DNA of 63,761 nucleotides, the filler included, from an uncultured Methanosarcinales archaeon (GTDB lineage Archaea > Nanobdellota > Nanobdellia > Woesearchaeales > CAYXTQ01), in NCBI GenBank assembly GCA_964608065.1. It is 14 parts of 14 records of this genome, joined end to end, with 100 filler letters (N's around TTAATTAATTAA, not from the genome) between each part and the next. Parts side by side here need not be neighbours in the genome. Positions count along the whole stretch, not along the records: positions 36,510 to 40,859 come from CAZSMA010000097.1; positions 40,960 to 45,214 come from CAZSMA010000098.1; positions 45,315 to 49,542 come from CAZSMA010000099.1; 11 more parts are not named here. One strand, 5' to 3'. The number at the start of each line of letters is the position of its first letter. Within the stretch, counting starts at the first letter, position 1. The notes beneath the pieces are model-generated. The model was not told the origin of the DNA. It searched no databases and saw only the letters and a list, made by a program, of their open reading frames with translations. Positions 39,701 through 48,633 of this stretch are shown piece after piece. Both the position numbers and the translations under genes were made by a program.

Positions 39701-40857
39701 ATCACATAATAGTCTCTATTCTGTGCTGTAGGATCATTCATATTAGAGCAGCCAGGACCATAATCACCATAATTATACCAACCATCTGAATTGTCACAGT
39801 CTTTTGAATCTGTAGTTTCATAACCATTACCCCCACTACCTGTACAATAATAATCCCTATAATAAGATGCTGGATCATTCCATGTACAAATACCACTATC
39901 GCCACCACCATACCAACCATCTGAAGGTGGGGATGATGAACAACACCTTGCTGAATAAGATGATGAGCCTTCACAAAAAGATGATTTACACACATCATCA
40001 GAAGAACAAAGTTCTCCTGGATCTTTTCTTTTATCTATGCCGTGATCAACATATATATCTATCATCTCACTTTCATGATTGTAGTTTCTACTGAACCAAT
40101 CAGTCCAAAAATCATTTATATTATTAGGCTTATCGTACCTTAAAATTGTAAATATTTCACCAAACCCTTCATTAACATTATCATCATTGCTTGGATCAAA
40201 TATATCCCAGAAAATGCTTGCCACAGCACCTTCGATTATATCCCCATTCCAATCGTTTTCGCAATTTGTATTGTAATGCCAAGTATTACTTTCTATATCC
40301 CCCCAACTTCCACTTTCTCCACAATTCACCCACTGTAAGTCAGTTTGGTCATTATCAACTACACTCTGCATAAATTCTGCCCATCCTTCTGTCATTGCAA
40401 AACCTAGAGATGACTGATCATTTGGATCGTGTGGATCAGGACCAGTTCCAGAAGGAAAATACCCATATAAAGCATACATTACATCATGACCATATTCATG
40501 AAGGAGAACTTCTCTGTACCAGGACCATGTAGCTTTGTCTGGAAGATAAATAACATTCCCATCAGTACCTGGCCAACTTCCGGAAGGCCATTTAATCTGA
40601 ACTTGTGGCCTACTCCAACCCGTTTGTGATTTTATCCAATCAAATTCATCTTTTATATAATCAAGAGCATTAAAACCATCAGATGTAACTCCCCAACTAC
40701 CCATATCGTGGGTGCCATCAGGCACATTGTCCAAAACATCTGTATTACTATAATAAATAAAACCCAAATTAGTTGTAGTATATCCATAAGCATTTCCACT
40801 ATTATCTGCTTGGGATAAGATTTTAGTATATAGTTCTTGACCACCACCCTCTCCATC
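36736..40857 (-). CDS. Large modular surface zinc metalloprotease (5' truncated)
   Basis: HEYGH...EGWAEF; Cys-rich repeats; DCDD...PGATEVC..DDDCDG motifs; PPC-like DFDLY; NosD/CASH beta-helix; GWNLIS/GYNLIG tail; frame open to contig edge. Confidence 0.88.
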   Translation of the reverse strand, partial: DGEGGGQELYTKILSQADNSGNAYGYTTTNLGFIYYSNTDVLDNVPDGTHDMGSWGVTSDGFNALDYIKDEFDWIKSQTGWSRPQVQIKWPSGSWPGTDGNVIYLPDKATWSWYREVLLHEYGHDVMYALYGYFPSGTGPDPHDPNDQSSLGFAMTEGWAEFMQSVVDNDQTDLQWVNCGESGSWGDIESNTWHYNTNCENDWNGDIIEGAVASIFWDIFDPSNDDNVNEGFGEIFTILRYDKPNNINDFWTDWFSRNYNHESEMIDIYVDHGIDKRKDPGELCSSDDVCKSSFCEGSSSYSARCCSSSPPSDGWYGGGDSGICTWNDPASYYRDYYCTGSGGNGYETTDSKDCDNSDGWYNYGDYGPGCSNMNDPTAQNRDYYVITNSNSCSYGTCETNDCDSSDGWYGGSNTQTATCGSQDDDATSYQRDYYVNSVGSCAYTTTNCDIKDCDSSDGWYGGGNTGGCGNDPSSYWRDYYVSSNSNICTYTTSCSGTNYKDCDSSDICSNTCNGNTVVSYKDYYVISNSNTCTSNWGSTVEVCQVSCENGACTDACTPGETRSCPKQSGVCSGSYETCIDGEWPGCDDLTYEAWNVNYENPEVTCDNIDNDCDGSTDEGFTNENCQYVCQNSGHTWTANGGSLNCCGNDALEDSPYQANENTPVDYCGDGNDNDCDGDIDLGDSDCGTACDSTSYTSCGSAYSMSDGETKADMCSDNQYYKITTDRICNITWTLDPDVADFDLYTNAISGICTNTTNWDCRPYFGGDSIEVCGHESLLPGTYYAYVNKYTGTGSYSINVTFDCTDCVDDDGDGYGNPGSASCPYGAEEDCDDNNETIYPGATEVCNEIDDDCDGSVDEDCPCQEISNGDFIYDSVELDGDCIYDIPAGLGVDVNNITIDCNGATIIGDNSDNGIFFFDVNNVTVQNCIIKNYIYGIVLDGGSNNILRNNEIFGNDYEAILLSDSNGNNIEKNNASGSAVGIYLYNSTNNTVNNNACLNNTGDGILLYRGSKFNNVSDNYLYDNNYGIRLHTSSNNNTLLNNKLNYNTYGIYIYTSNSSLIDNNLMLNNDRGVYSYKGSYNIIINNDILNNTNNGLEITWSSTMNTILKNNISGNIQNGIYLTWSSDMNIVTDNWIAGSDNGVRSAFAHYNNFTNNSLMENNYGFYLSSSNDNNIWLNDVYDINNEWREEYNNYCIDGQDNNYYNGATGPGCGFQYNISLLQGWNLISIPLVLDDNSLAYALSSIEGNYGNVFIYDGWEQLNDDSIINETIGMWVQMLSDDNLTINGTLNLPIDFNLKQGYNLIGYPSLNESNASYVFGNVGVVNVLGYENSTWKSFNPLKNDQLNTLKIMKPGYGYWVEVENDTSWVFDGRFR

Positions 40858-40971
40858 ATNNNNNNNNNNNNNNNNNNNNNNNNNNNNNNNNNNNNNNNNN
40901 NNNTTAATTAATTAANNNNNNNNNNNNNNNNNNNNNNNNNNNNNNNNNNNNNNNNNNNNTTTTTTTTTTTT

Positions 40972-41706
40972 TTATTTCTTTATTATTACTATCTTCTTAG
41001 TTAAACTTTTATGTAAATAATAAGAGGATTCTTTCTCTATTTTTAATTTACTTTTTTTTATTAATGATTTATAGTTAATAAAGTCTGGGAAAACAATTAC
41101 GCTTTTTTTTATTAATATTTTTTTTAAGTTTTTTAAGAAAGATAAGTAAAGTTTGTTTAAGTCTTTAGTTTTAGTGTTTTTTCCATAAGGTAAGTCAGTT
41201 ACAATATAGTTAAACTTATTTTTTAATTTTGTAGCATCTTTTAGTTTTAGTTCAAAGTTTTTGATTTTATAGTGTGTTAGGTTGATTATAGCTCTACGAA
41301 GCATGACTTCATCTATATCATAGCCAATTGGTTTTAAATTCATTAAAGCTGCTTCTATTAATATTCCTCCTGAGCCGCAGAATGGATCCAATAAAATACC
41401 TTTTTTTATTCCAGTTAAGTTGATTAAAGCTTTAGCAAGTTTTGGGTTTAATGAAGAAGGGTGAAGTTGAGGTCTTAGATGAGGTTTTCTTGTTTGATAA
41501 TTTTTTTTTATTTTTATTATTTTGTTGTTGTAATGTATTTCATGTGTGAAAGCTAGTCTTTTCGATAAGAATTCAATCTCTTTTTTTGTTGATTCAATGA
41601 TTAAATGATTTTTATTTAATTTATATTTTTTAGACTTAATTAAAGCTAGGACTTCTTCTTTTGCTAAGTCATAGTTTGGTCCTGATAAGATAAAGAGGGA
41701 TTTCAT
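40972..41706 (-). CDS. tRNA m2G10 methyltransferase (Trm11/TrmG10-like) with reduced THUMP region
   Basis: RP..HPSSLNPKLAKALINL, LDPFCGSGGILIEA, TDLPYG. Confidence 0.85.
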   Translation of the reverse strand: MKSLFILSGPNYDLAKEEVLALIKSKKYKLNKNHLIIESTKKEIEFLSKRLAFTHEIHYNNKIIKIKKNYQTRKPHLRPQLHPSSLNPKLAKALINLTGIKKGILLDPFCGSGGILIEAALMNLKPIGYDIDEVMLRRAIINLTHYKIKNFELKLKDATKLKNKFNYIVTDLPYGKNTKTKDLNKLYLSFLKNLKKILIKKSVIVFPDFINYKSLIKKSKLKIEKESSYYLHKSLTKKIVIIKK

Positions 41707-42224
41707 TTCTTCAAATATTTATAACCAATAAATATGAGAACTACTAAAATAAGTCCTAGGATTATGAATCTTCCGATGTCTTCTAAATGTCCCCAGTAGC
41801 GTAATGTGCCGTAGATTATTGTTAGAATACCTCCACCCATGATTCCTGCAGAGACTGATTCCAGTTTTAATACAATTCCACCTATGATTACTGCAATTAA
41901 TCCTAATATTCCTGATATTATGAAGACAATCCTGTTGTATGCTTCTCTTGAATCTTCGTATTCTTGTCTGCAAGTATACTGTTGGTCACAATAACCAGTT
42001 ACTTCAGGTTGACCTTCTACTGGCCTTGGAAATCTTTCTTCTGTCCATTTTCCACCAGTATCTAAACATTCTTGCTCTGTAATATTTGGTTTGACTATTG
42101 TTTTTTCATCACAGAAATCTTCCCATTCTGGATTCTTATAGAAAGTATTAATACCATATGCTATGAAGAATGTTAAGATTATTGCTATTGCGATTGATAA
42201 CAGTTTTTCTTTAATGTTTTTCAT
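41703..42224 (-). CDS. Membrane protein with Cys-containing loop
   Basis: Four TM helices; CLDTGGKW...GYCD...C. Confidence 0.75.
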   Translation of the reverse strand: MKNIKEKLLSIAIAIILTFFIAYGINTFYKNPEWEDFCDEKTIVKPNITEQECLDTGGKWTEERFPRPVEGQPEVTGYCDQQYTCRQEYEDSREAYNRIVFIISGILGLIAVIIGGIVLKLESVSAGIMGGGILTIIYGTLRYWGHLEDIGRFIILGLILVVLIFIGYKYLKK

Positions 42225-42286
42225 AGTGTTTTTTGTAGAAATTTATTGTTTAAATAGGTTTGGGTTTTATTTAAAACAACAAACAA

Positions 42287-42439
42287 TGAAAAACTTCGTT
42301 TTTCAAGGTTCCAAAAATACAAAAAGTATTTTCGTAACCTTTAAATACTTCAATTACTTTCTATATTGAAAATAAGTATTGATTAAAAACCATGAAAATG
42401 CAAAGCATTTTCAGGGTGCCAAAAATCCGGAGGATTTTT
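42287..42439. repeat. Two copies of a double-hairpin intergenic repeat
   Basis: TGAAAAAC-TTC-GTTTTTCA AGGTTCC A AAAATAC..GTATTTT (42287-42332) and TGAAAATGC-AAA-GCATTTTCA GGGTGCC AAAAATCC-GGA-GGATTTTT (42393-42439). Confidence 0.75.
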
Positions 42440-42443
42440 AAGC

Positions 42444-42758
42444 ATGCCAAAAGGTCGTCCTGTTAAATCAGATATAAGAAAAAACGTAATTGAAATACTC
42501 TTCTTTATAAAAAAAGGTTATGGTTATGATATCTATAAGATATATAAAGCAGTTTATCCGCCAGTTACTATGAGAAGCATTTATTATCATTTAAAAAAAG
42601 GTGTTGATTTAGAAGAAATAAAAGTTATTGAAATAAGGAAAGAGGAAGGAGACTACAGCTGGGGTAAGACTGTTGAGAAGATATATTATGGGTTAGGAGC
42701 TAAAGCAAAGCCAACTGGTGATAAAAGAGTCAAAGAATATCTAGATAAAAGAGGTTAA
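42444..42758 (+). CDS. wHTH-like conserved archaeal protein
   Basis: GRP, GYDIYKIY, RSIYYHLKKG, YSWG...EKIYY. Confidence 0.75.
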   Translation: MPKGRPVKSDIRKNVIEILFFIKKGYGYDIYKIYKAVYPPVTMRSIYYHLKKGVDLEEIKVIEIRKEEGDYSWGKTVEKIYYGLGAKAKPTGDKRVKEYLDKRG

Positions 42759-42760
42759 CA

Positions 42761-42988
42761 ATGGATAAAGAATTAAAAAAAAAAGTGGAAGAGTTTACAA
42801 AAGCTTTAATTCCATTCAAAGGTTATTTTAAAGAGAATTTTACTGATGAAAAGATTGAAGAGTTTGAGAAGAAGCTAGGGATAGGAGCTAAGATTGATGA
42901 CAATTTTAAAGATGCAGTACAAGACATGGTTTATGAGTGCAAGAAGCTGAAGAAAGCTGCAAAAAGGTTAAGAAGCAGATTGTATTAA
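42761..42988 (+). CDS. Hypothetical protein
   Basis: 75 aa, GAGG RBS, operonic spacing. Confidence 0.6.
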   Translation: MDKELKKKVEEFTKALIPFKGYFKENFTDEKIEEFEKKLGIGAKIDDNFKDAVQDMVYECKKLKKAAKRLRSRLY

Positions 42989-43597
42989 TATTTTTAATTC
43001 TTCTAAATTGTTTATTATAAAGTCTGGGTTAGATTTTTCTAACATTGATTTTGATTGATAACCAGTCAAGATTGCAATTGTCTTTACGTTACCTTTTTTT
43101 CCTGCATCAATATCATGCTGCATGTCTCCAACATATGCTGTTTCTTCTGGATTAAAGTTATGTTTTTTTAGAATTTCATTTATGACTTCAGATTTGTTTT
43201 TTACAGAGCCGTAAATAGCTGTGAAGAATTGTTTTAGATTGTTTTCTTCTAAATCTTTTTCTACAAATAACTGGTTTTTTGCGCTTAGGACAATAGCATT
43301 GATTTTATTTGCATTAAGGAATTCTAACGTTTCTTTTGTTTCTTTGAATGTTTTTAATTTATGATTCTGTTTATTATAATGTTCATAATATTCTTTTTTT
43401 AGCTGAGCAACATCTGTATCTGGGAGATATTTGTTCATAAAATGATAATAAGGTAAGACAAATTCATCTTTGAACTGCTCTAATGTTATTTCTTTTACTT
43501 TGTGTAATCTGAATACGTGCATATAAGAGGAATAAACTACAAAAACATCGTCTATAAGCACTCCTGAAAGATCGAATATAATGTTTTTTATTTTCAT
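42968..43597 (-). CDS. HAD-superfamily hydrolase
   Basis: IIFDLSGVLID, YVGDMQHDIDAG. Confidence 0.9.
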   Translation of the reverse strand: MKIKNIIFDLSGVLIDDVFVVYSSYMHVFRLHKVKEITLEQFKDEFVLPYYHFMNKYLPDTDVAQLKKEYYEHYNKQNHKLKTFKETKETLEFLNANKINAIVLSAKNQLFVEKDLEENNLKQFFTAIYGSVKNKSEVINEILKKHNFNPEETAYVGDMQHDIDAGKKGNVKTIAILTGYQSKSMLEKSNPDFIINNLEELKILIQSAS

Positions 43598-44289
43598 TTT
43601 TTTAAGAATTTTTTAAAAAAACCAATCATAGCAAATGTTTCTCTTTTTGTTAAAAAACTTTTTCCTAAGATTCGTTTCCAAACATTAAGCTGGGTTTTTT
43701 TTTTATTAACAGTTGAAAATTCAACTTGGTCGCATAATTTTTTTATAAGGTTGTATGTTACTTGTTGGTCTATTTTTGAAGCTGGTGTAATGTGGTCTGT
43801 GATCTTCTTTTTGTTCTGTGATTGGAATATTTCATAGAATATGATAGATGCTGCATGGCTTATGTTCATTGTCTTGTATTTTATTGAGGTTGGTATTGCA
43901 ACAATAATATCGCACATCTGTATTTCATTGTTTTTTAATCCAATGCCTTCTCTTCCAAAGATTAAAGCTATCTTTTTGCTTTTTAGTTTTGGTAATTCTT
44001 CTGCTAATTGTTTTGGTGTCAAGGGTGAACGCGGGATATTATAATCTGAATAGCCTATGCTAGCTGTAGTTCCAATCAGATAATCAAAGTTTTTTAGATA
44101 AGAAACAGTTTTTATTTTGGCTTTCTTTACAATATCTTTAGAGTGTTTTGCATACCATAAATCTTCTTTATCTAGTTTGCATTTTGGATTTATTAGGATT
44201 AAGTCTTTTAATCCGAAGTTTTTCATTGCTCTGGCTATAAATCCTATGTTTCCTGCTATTTCTGGTTCTATTAAAACTATTGATATCAT
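43594..44289 (-). CDS. trmJ: SPOUT tRNA methyltransferase (TrmJ family)
   Basis: GNIGFIARAMKNFG, FGREGIGL, MNISHA. Confidence 0.9.
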   Translation of the reverse strand: MISIVLIEPEIAGNIGFIARAMKNFGLKDLILINPKCKLDKEDLWYAKHSKDIVKKAKIKTVSYLKNFDYLIGTTASIGYSDYNIPRSPLTPKQLAEELPKLKSKKIALIFGREGIGLKNNEIQMCDIIVAIPTSIKYKTMNISHAASIIFYEIFQSQNKKKITDHITPASKIDQQVTYNLIKKLCDQVEFSTVNKKKTQLNVWKRILGKSFLTKRETFAMIGFFKKFLKK

Positions 44290-44352
44290 TATGCTTTCAG
44301 AATAAGGTTAGTATATAAAAAGTTAATTAAAAAGAAAAAAGAAAAAAGAAAA

Positions 44353-45078
44353 TTAAATGCAGTTGCCTTCTTCACAACCTGATCCACATTCTTTATAGAC
44401 CCTATCATAGTCATCCCATGTGCAATAAGATAAACACCCTCCTGGATTGATACATGTGTAATCCCTATAGGTTCTGTGTACATTTCCATCTTCTCTGCAA
44501 AATGTATCTCCTTCCAATGCATCTGCTCCACATTCTGAATCACGGCTGCAAGCAGTTACTATGTTATTGTCTATTATACCATCGCAGTCGTTGTCTTTGC
44601 TGTCACAGGTTTCTGCAGTAGGTGTTACTGAGCCTATACATTCGCTCCATCTAGCTGCAATGCATTTTTGGACCCCTATAGAACATACACCTATATCAAT
44701 GCCGCATTCTAATGTTTCACCAGTATTACAAGGGCAGTTTTCATCTATAACACCGTCGCAGTCGTTATCTACATTATCACAGATTTCTTCCATTGGATCA
44801 ATGTTTCCCTGACATTTATCCCATGTTCCATCTGGGCATGTTGAAGTTCCGAATTTGCATTCTCCAACATTAGAAAGTCCGCATGTTCTGATTAAATTAT
44901 CATTAATGATTCCATTGCAATCATTATCTTTATTATCACATACTTCTTTAGAAGGAATGCATTCAGGTTCTTCATCTATCTCTTCTATTACCTTTCCAGT
45001 TATATTTCCAGTACAACCGCTAAGAACTAAAGATGCTGATATTAATAATATAGCAATGAAAAATATTGATTTTTTCAT
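44353..45078 (-). CDS. Cys-rich lipoprotein with repeated ExCDxxDNDCDG motifs
   Basis: Lipobox LSGC; three ExCDxxDNDCxG repeats. Confidence 0.8.
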   Translation of the reverse strand: MKKSIFFIAILLISASLVLSGCTGNITGKVIEEIDEEPECIPSKEVCDNKDNDCNGIINDNLIRTCGLSNVGECKFGTSTCPDGTWDKCQGNIDPMEEICDNVDNDCDGVIDENCPCNTGETLECGIDIGVCSIGVQKCIAARWSECIGSVTPTAETCDSKDNDCDGIIDNNIVTACSRDSECGADALEGDTFCREDGNVHRTYRDYTCINPGGCLSYCTWDDYDRVYKECGSGCEEGNCI

Positions 45079-45160
45079 ATATTACCACCCTTTTGGTTAT
45101 TATTTAGTATTTATTTAATTATATAGAGTATAAATAGTTTTTGTTTTTATTAGTATTACC

Positions 45161-45214
45161 GGGTTTGTCCCAAATCTAAAGAATTATAAACCCCTACTGC
45201 TAAGAATATAGCAG
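45161..45214. mobile_element. Left end of an unassembled IS
   Basis: GGGTTTGTCCCAA preceded by AGTATTACC; mate at 22028-22049. Confidence 0.75.
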
Positions 45215-45314
45215 NNNNNNNNNNNNNNNNNNNNNNNNNNNNNNNNNNNNNNNNNNNNTTAATTAATTAANNNNNNNNNNNNNNNNNNNNNNNNNNNNNN
45301 NNNNNNNNNNNNNN

Positions 45315-45783
45315 TGTGGAATGGCCAAAACATAATGAAAAACTGATAAGCGAAAAAGCAGAATACCAAGATGATATAGTCGATAATCTAAGGGCAGATA
45401 TAATCTCGGTATTACATTTAGCAAAACTAAAACAGGCAAAGAAATTGGAATTGTTTATACCAGAAGAATGGAAATACGCTTTCTTTAAGAAACTGAAACA
45501 ACAAATGGAGAAAACCAGGAATATAGGGGAAATAATAAAAGCCTGCATGGTAAAAGGCCATGAAAAAGATGTCGGCAAAATGATTCCAATGTTGGTGAAG
45601 AATCCTTCAAGAATGCCAAAAATTGTGATCTCACAAAAAGAAGAACTCAAAGCATTGGAAGAATCTAAAACATTCATAGAGAAAGAATTCAAAACAAAAG
45701 TTGTTATAATCCAGGCTGAAAAAAGCAAAGAACATAAGGCAAAACAGGCAATGCCTGGGAAGCCGGCAATTCTAGTAGCATGA
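45315..45783 (+). CDS. leuS: Leucyl-tRNA synthetase, C-terminal part
   Basis: EWP... and terminal KAKQAMPGKPAILV of archaeal LeuRS. Confidence 0.88.
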
Positions 45784-45826
45784 AAGATGAAAACCTTTAT
45801 ATATCAATTGATATATTAAATATATC

Positions 45827-46438
45827 ATGTTATCAGATGGAGAAAGAAAGATTTATGAATTGCTCTATAAAAACAAAGAAGGGCTACACTTAAGAGAGAT
45901 TTGCAGATTAGCAAATTTAACTTTACCAAATGTAGCAAAACACATTAAAAAAGGAGAAAAAAATAAAATAATAATTTCTAAAAAAAGAGGAAATCTTAAA
46001 ATCTGCAACTTAAATTTTAAAAATCAGAAACTTTACCCTCTATTGCAAGAAGTAGAACTATACAGACTATACAAATTACCTTCAGACATCAAACATGCTA
46101 TCGACTCCTTCCTAGAAGATTTAAAAGAAAAACCTTTAATCGCCCTTATATTTGGCTCTTATGCTTCTAAAAAATATACTTCACGAAGTGATTTAGATAT
46201 ATTACTAATTTTCCAAAGGGTCGATAACAAAATGATCAAAGATGTGGAAAATTCCGCAAATACAATAAAAGGAAGAACATTAGCCAATATTCAACCTATA
46301 AGTCTACATTATAAAGAATTTGAAGAAAAAATATTAAATAGGGAAAATGAATTCATGAAAGATATCAGAGAAAATGTAATCGTGCTATCAGGATTTGATT
46401 TATATTTTAAACTGCTAGGGAGATTTTTTAATGTATAA
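45827..46438 (+). CDS. HTH-fused minimal nucleotidyltransferase (MNT antitoxin-like)
   Basis: HLREICR HTH; IFGSYA...SDLDILLI. Confidence 0.9.
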   Translation: MLSDGERKIYELLYKNKEGLHLREICRLANLTLPNVAKHIKKGEKNKIIISKKRGNLKICNLNFKNQKLYPLLQEVELYRLYKLPSDIKHAIDSFLEDLKEKPLIALIFGSYASKKYTSRSDLDILLIFQRVDNKMIKDVENSANTIKGRTLANIQPISLHYKEFEEKILNRENEFMKDIRENVIVLSGFDLYFKLLGRFFNV

Positions 46439-46979
46439 AGAGAAAAAGATCAAAGAATGGCTAGAACAGCCAAGCACAGCAGAAAAGGAACTGAAAAGTT
46501 TTGTCCAGAAAAAAATAATCATTGAAATAGACGGCAAAAAATGGATAAAAAGACATTTAGAAAAATCAGACCATAATCTAGACTTTGCTACTTTAATCAA
46601 TGGTTTACATCAAAATATTATTAAAGAAAAGTTTCCAAAAAGAACATTTTACGACTGGGTTGCCATAAGCTATTATTATGCAGTTTACCATGCTGCTTTA
46701 GCATTATTAGCCAATTTAGATTACAAATCAAAATCTCATCTTGCCACCCTATGCGGAATTATTGTACATTATTATCATAAAACTAAACTCTTAGAAAAAG
46801 AACATATCGAAATATTAGGTAAAATTAGCAAAGCCAATGTTGAACAATTCCGAGAAACACAGAGTTTAAGAGAACGAGCAAGTTATGGTACATCAACTAA
46901 TTTTGAAAAATCATTAGCTAACTTGGCAAAAGAAGATTCTATAAACTTCGTAAACAAAATAAAAGAAATATTGGAATAA
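46431..46979 (+). CDS. HEPN-domain protein
   Basis: YYYAVYHAALALL, KSH, RERASY; overlaps the MNT gene. Confidence 0.9.
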   Translation: MYKEKKIKEWLEQPSTAEKELKSFVQKKIIIEIDGKKWIKRHLEKSDHNLDFATLINGLHQNIIKEKFPKRTFYDWVAISYYYAVYHAALALLANLDYKSKSHLATLCGIIVHYYHKTKLLEKEHIEILGKISKANVEQFRETQSLRERASYGTSTNFEKSLANLAKEDSINFVNKIKEILE

Positions 46980-46981
46980 AA

Positions 46982-47494
46982 ATGATTGAAGAATGTATGC
47001 TATGGCTGGATGAAATAAGACAACCATTCCCAAAATTAGATAAAAAAGTTATATTGGCAGAATACAAGAAGATGAGTAAAAAATCTTTAGGTTTTATCAA
47101 AGCCAAAATAGAACAAAAAATTGACTTTGACCCTGAAGCACTCCTTCTAGGGAAAAACCCAAAAATAAAGAAAAAAAGAACAAAACCATCTGAGTTTAAA
47201 ATATTTATCAATCAAGAATTACAAAAAATAAAAAATGAAGCATTAAGAAAGCAGGTTGTACAAAGCATTATGGTGCATGAATTACTGCATATAGAAAATG
47301 AAGACTTAGTGACACTGTCAAAAGACTATAGGAGAAGAAAAAAGAAAAAAATTCATACAAAATATTTTGAGGAAGAATATTTTAAAAGATTTAACCAATT
47401 AAGAAAAATGAAAGGAATAATGGAAATAGAAAAGAAAGAACATTTAAACATAGCGATAAACAAAATTTTACAATCAATAGATTTTGGAAAATAA
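46982..47494 (+). CDS. Small HExxH zinc-metallopeptidase-like protein
   Basis: IMVHELLH and downstream HTKYF. Confidence 0.7.
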   Translation: MIEECMLWLDEIRQPFPKLDKKVILAEYKKMSKKSLGFIKAKIEQKIDFDPEALLLGKNPKIKKKRTKPSEFKIFINQELQKIKNEALRKQVVQSIMVHELLHIENEDLVTLSKDYRRRKKKKIHTKYFEEEYFKRFNQLRKMKGIMEIEKKEHLNIAINKILQSIDFGK

Positions 47495-47570
47495 ACATTT
47501 TAAAATAATAGTTTCAACTGATTTAGAAGCTTAAACAAGGTTTATAAACGATTTATTCTAATAAATTAAC

Positions 47571-48197
47571 ATGGCAACTGAAAAATTTATCCTGGTTTCA
47601 TTGGAAGATAAGAAGGCTAAAGAATTAGCAAATGTGATAAGCAATGATACTTCTAGAACGATTCTTGATTTCCTTAGCGAGCAGGATGCAGCAGAGAATG
47701 ACATCGCAAAGAAATTAGATATTCCTGCTTCTACAGTACATTATAATGTTCAGCTTCTTTTGAAACATGATCTTATTGAGGTGAAGGACTTTTACTGGAG
47801 TGATAAAGGAAATAAGGTGAATGTATATACTGTTGCCAAAAAGATCATAGTCATAGCTCCTAAAAGCATGAGGATAAAGACTAAGCTGAAAAGCATATTG
47901 CCTGTAGCTCTGCTTGCTTTGGCAGCATCTGGTGCTATACATGTTTATCAGAACTATTTTATGAAACCAGGTGGTTTAGCTGGTCCTGAGAAGATGATGG
48001 CTGCACAGGAGATTGCTGTGGGTGGTGGGAGAGATATGGTAGAATCAGCTTCTCAAGAGGCTTTCGCAGCAGCTCCAGAAGCTGTTCAACAGGTAGTACA
48101 GGCTCAGCCTAATTATGCTATGTGGTTCTTATTCGGTGCTTTCTTTGTTATAGCTGTCTATATCTTCATTACAGAAGTGTTCAAGAAGAAAGAATAA
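47571..48197 (+). CDS. ArsR-family HTH regulator with two TM helices
   Basis: ISNDTSRTILDFL, DIAKKLDIPASTVHYNVQLL, SDKG. Confidence 0.85.
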   Translation: MATEKFILVSLEDKKAKELANVISNDTSRTILDFLSEQDAAENDIAKKLDIPASTVHYNVQLLLKHDLIEVKDFYWSDKGNKVNVYTVAKKIIVIAPKSMRIKTKLKSILPVALLALAASGAIHVYQNYFMKPGGLAGPEKMMAAQEIAVGGGRDMVESASQEAFAAAPEAVQQVVQAQPNYAMWFLFGAFFVIAVYIFITEVFKKKE

Positions 48198-48274
48198 CTA
48201 CTTCTCAGTAGTTACAAAACGAAAGGTTTATATACTAGTTCTTTCCAAAAAGGTTATAACACCGGTGGTGAAAA

Positions 48275-48631
48275 ATGAAAAATAAAGGAATGCTTGTTAT
48301 GGGTCTTGCTGGACTATTAGCAGGATCAGTTATAGTAAACTACACATATTGTAAGTCTAAGGCACAATGTTTTCAATTAGAAAAACGTTCATCTACAGAA
48401 TATCAAGAATATTTACAAGCTATAGAGCAAATACACTCCTATGAAACTCTACTTGAGGGACCAATTTCTGGATGGTTAACTGAAGAAGGTAAAATAAAAT
48501 TTCAGGAAAAATTTACAGATATTAAAGATAAAAAATTAAAGCTATATGAATCACTAAGTGAATATGATAAAAAAACACAAGAGTGGTTAGAAAAAGCGAA
48601 AAACCCATTAAAACATTTTGGAGTTGAATAA
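48275..48631 (+). CDS. Hypothetical membrane-anchored protein
   Basis: N-terminal TM, GGTGG RBS. Confidence 0.65.
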   Translation: MKNKGMLVMGLAGLLAGSVIVNYTYCKSKAQCFQLEKRSSTEYQEYLQAIEQIHSYETLLEGPISGWLTEEGKIKFQEKFTDIKDKKLKLYESLSEYDKKTQEWLEKAKNPLKHFGVE

Positions 48632-48633
48632 AA

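Noticed and set aside
39229..39924. Diversity-generating retroelement TR/VR pair
   Set aside because: Repeats are in-frame protein repeats with indels, not adenine-specific variants; no reverse transcriptase present
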